Assembly (NCBI RefSeq): GCF_001194135.2
Contig: NC_068981.1
Coordinates: 10,831,127 to 10,871,241 of the forward strand
Direction of reading: 5' to 3'
DNA: 40,115 nucleotides
Origin: Octopus bimaculoides
Lineage: Eukaryota
In this document: piece after piece, positions 37,218 through 40,115 of the stretch
Numbering within the stretch: position 1 is the first letter of the stretch
Layout: each line of letters opens with the position of its first letter
Position numbers and translations under genes: made by a program
The notes under the pieces: generated by a model
What the model saw: only the letters and a program-made list of their open reading frames with translations
What the model was told of the DNA's origin: nothing
The model's database searches: none

Positions 37218-38726
37218 TTTCTTAGTTTTAGGCCAAGGAATGCGGCCATGCTGGGTCACCGCAATTTTGTTCGCTACATATACACATGCATATATGTATT
37301 TNNNNNNNNNNNNNNNNNNNNNNNNNNNNNNNNNNNNNNNNNNNNNNNNNNNNNNNNNNNNNNNNNNNNNNNNNNNNNNNNNNNNNNNNNNNNNNNNNNN
37401 NNNNNNNNNNNNNNNNNNNNNNNNNNNNNNNNNNNNNNNNNNNNNNNNNNNNNNNNNNNNNNNNNNNNNNNNNNNNNNNNNNNNNNNNNNNNNNNNNNNN
37501 NNNNNNNNNNNNNNNNNNNNNNNNNNNNNNNNNNNNNNNNNNNNNNNNNNNNNNNNNNNNNNNNNNNNNNNNNNNNNNNNNNNNNNNNNNNNNNNNNNNN
37601 NNNNNNNNNNNNNNNNNNNNNNNNNNNNNNNNNNNNNNNNNNNNNNNNNNNNNNNNNNNNNNNNNNNNNNNNNNNNNNNNNNNNNNNNNNNNNNNNNNNN
37701 NNNNNNNNNNNNNNNNNNNNNNNNNNNNNNNNNNNNNNNNNNNNNNNNNNNNNNNNNNNNNNNNNNNNNNNNNNNNNNNNNNNNNNNNNNNNNNNNNNNN
37801 NNNNNNNNNNNNNNNNNNNNNNNNNNNNNNNNNNNNNNNNNNNNNNNNNNNNNNNNNNNNNNNNNNNNNNNNNNNNNNNNNNNNNNNNNNNNNNNNNNNN
37901 NNNNNNNNNNNNNNNNNNNNNNNNNNNNNNNNNNNNNNNNNNNNNNNNNNNNNNNNNNNNNNNNNNNNNNNNNNNNNNNNNNNNNNNNNNNNNNNNNNNN
38001 NNNNNNNNNNNNNNNNNNNNNNNNNNNNNNNNNNNNNNNNNNNNNNNNNNNNNNNNNNNNNNNNNNNNNNNNNNNNNNNNNNNNNNNNNNNNNNNNNNNN
38101 NNNNNNNNNNNNNNNNNNNNNNNNNNNNNNNNNNNNNNNNNNNNNNNNNNNNNNNNNNNNNNNNNNNNNNNNNNNNNNNNNNNNNNNNNNNNNNNNNNNN
38201 NNNNNNNNNNNNATGAATGTGTGTGTATATATAAAAGCAGCAAAAATACTGGAGATTCAGTATACACCACGTGGCAAAATTATGAGTTGAAAATATTTGG
38301 AAAACAAATATAAAAAGTGGAAGAGAAATGCCTTCGTTTGACATAGTTTATTATCTTTCTATGAAGAAATGTTTTTATATATATATACACAAATTATGTA
38401 TGTATATAAAAAAAATTGTTTATAAGAAAATATTAAACCATGTGGAACGAACGCATTTCTCTTCCACTTTTTATGTTTTCCACATATTTTCAACCTACAC
38501 ACACACACAAACACACACACAAACACACACACACACGTGTATGTATATACACCTATGAATGTGTATGCTCGTATGTATGTATGTATATTTGTGTGTGCGT
38601 GTATTTATGCATATATATATATATGATATACGTTACATGAAACAATTACATTTCAAATACAATAAGAAAATGTTTTCTGAAATGAAGAAAATACATACAT
38701 ACATACATACATACATACCGGCATGC

Positions 38727-38783
<57 letters not shown>

Positions 38784-39734
38784 NNNNNNNNNNNNNNNNN
38801 NNNNNNNNNNNNNNNNNNNNNNNNNNNNNNNNNNNNNNNNNNNNNNNNNNNNNNNNNNNNNNNNNNNNNNNNNNNNNNNNNAAGTAGTGTGTGTGTGTGT
38901 GTGTGTGTGTTCATACATAGACGTATCTTTACATACTTAAAATGATGGAGTTCCTTGATAAAAAATTCCTTAAGTATCGTTAGGAAATATTGTGTCTCAT
39001 TGCACTTCGTCCGGATCTTTGGTAAGTAGACATTCCGATATATCAACTTCCGGTTTCAATTCAAAACTGTGAAATGAAGGATCATTCACGTTCGTTAATC
39101 CGAATGAAAGAATATGATAAAGAATATAAAACGTATGATTTTGTAAAAGAAAGATGTTATCATAACCTAAGTGGTTTACTTTTCGTTATTTGTAAAAATA
39201 TTGAAGAGAAAAGGAAGCAGCTGTAATATGTGAGTGAGGGAGAAAAAAAAATAACAGGAAATAGTCTTTCACAAACATACTTAATGCAAAACACATTTAT
39301 ACGCGCGCAGTCGCTCATTTACCATTCACTCTTAAGAAATATCATACGGTCATGCCTAAACATGCTGTGTACACAAATTATCAGAAAATGTTAGCTGTAA
39401 TAAATTAGACAACTTACTCGAGGGAATGTATACATAGTTACTGAAAACCTCAAAACACAAACACACACACAAGCACACACACACACACACACATACACCG
39501 CGCGCGCACACTCAAACAGGTATGCATTACTCACACGCACAGACACACACATACATACACATACGCTCTCATACTTTTACTGTTCTCTGTCCCATTTTGC
39601 TTCTAGTCACCGTTTTTCTGTTTTGCTATTACGAAACCTTGCTTACGACACGCCTCCCGCTCCAATCGTAACAAACTTTCTAACCCACTCTAAACTTTTA
39701 CTGCTCCATCTTCCTCCTTAACTCAGTCCCTCCC

Positions 39735-39842
39735 TCCTTCCACCCATCCATTAATCTATCCACCCATCCATCCAGCCAACCATCCAGCCAACCAGCCAGC
39801 CAGCCATCCAGCCAACCAACCAGCCAGTCATCCATCCATCAT
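39735..39842. repeat. (CCAT/CCAG/CCAA)n compound tetranucleotide repeat
   Basis: Direct reading. Confidence 0.9.
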
Positions 39843-40115
39843 TTCAATTCTGCTATGAAACTATAAGTATAACTGATTCAGATTTTTTGCCTCACAAGTG
39901 TGAGATATCTCTTTATCCTATACACCATCTATATACATATCTGATAATCTGATAATCACACCGGGTTTTATAATCTGCTAATCTACTGACGCAAACTTAT
40001 GTGGGCGCTCAGAAGCACACAAACACATACAAAAAGTCCCCCCACATACGCGCACACACACACACAGTCATACACCCACGCTGTTTTATTTAAACGTGAG
40101 AACTAGCGCACACCA

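Overview
AT-rich, microsatellite-dense animal genomic DNA from a gapped draft assembly (11 N-runs). The SINE repertoire looks like Octopus; that assignment is inferred from recognising the repeats. There is one credible protein-coding gene: an uninterrupted 354-aa multi-pass membrane protein ORF of the TMEM121/CECR6 type at 17664..18728 (-). The rest is mobile-element debris: a decayed hAT (Charlie/ZBED5-like) transposase with a nested RTE LINE, further RTE, CR1/Jockey-group and L1/Tx1-like LINE fragments, three tRNA-derived SINE families (about 20 copies, four with clear target-site duplications), piggyBac-type MITEs and Penelope-like elements. The most interesting unannotated signal is a set of minimal type I hammerhead ribozyme motifs in three unrelated Penelope-like repeats. 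Two motifs retain the whole catalytic core (14902..14946 + and 26896..26938 -), and two of the host repeats are head-to-head fold-back palindromes. A pair of ~420-bp inverted repeats (10204..10616 and 12340..12762) also brackets a LINE-like fragment. Penelope-associated hammerheads are a known class, so I cannot claim a wholly new biological system from this sequence alone.
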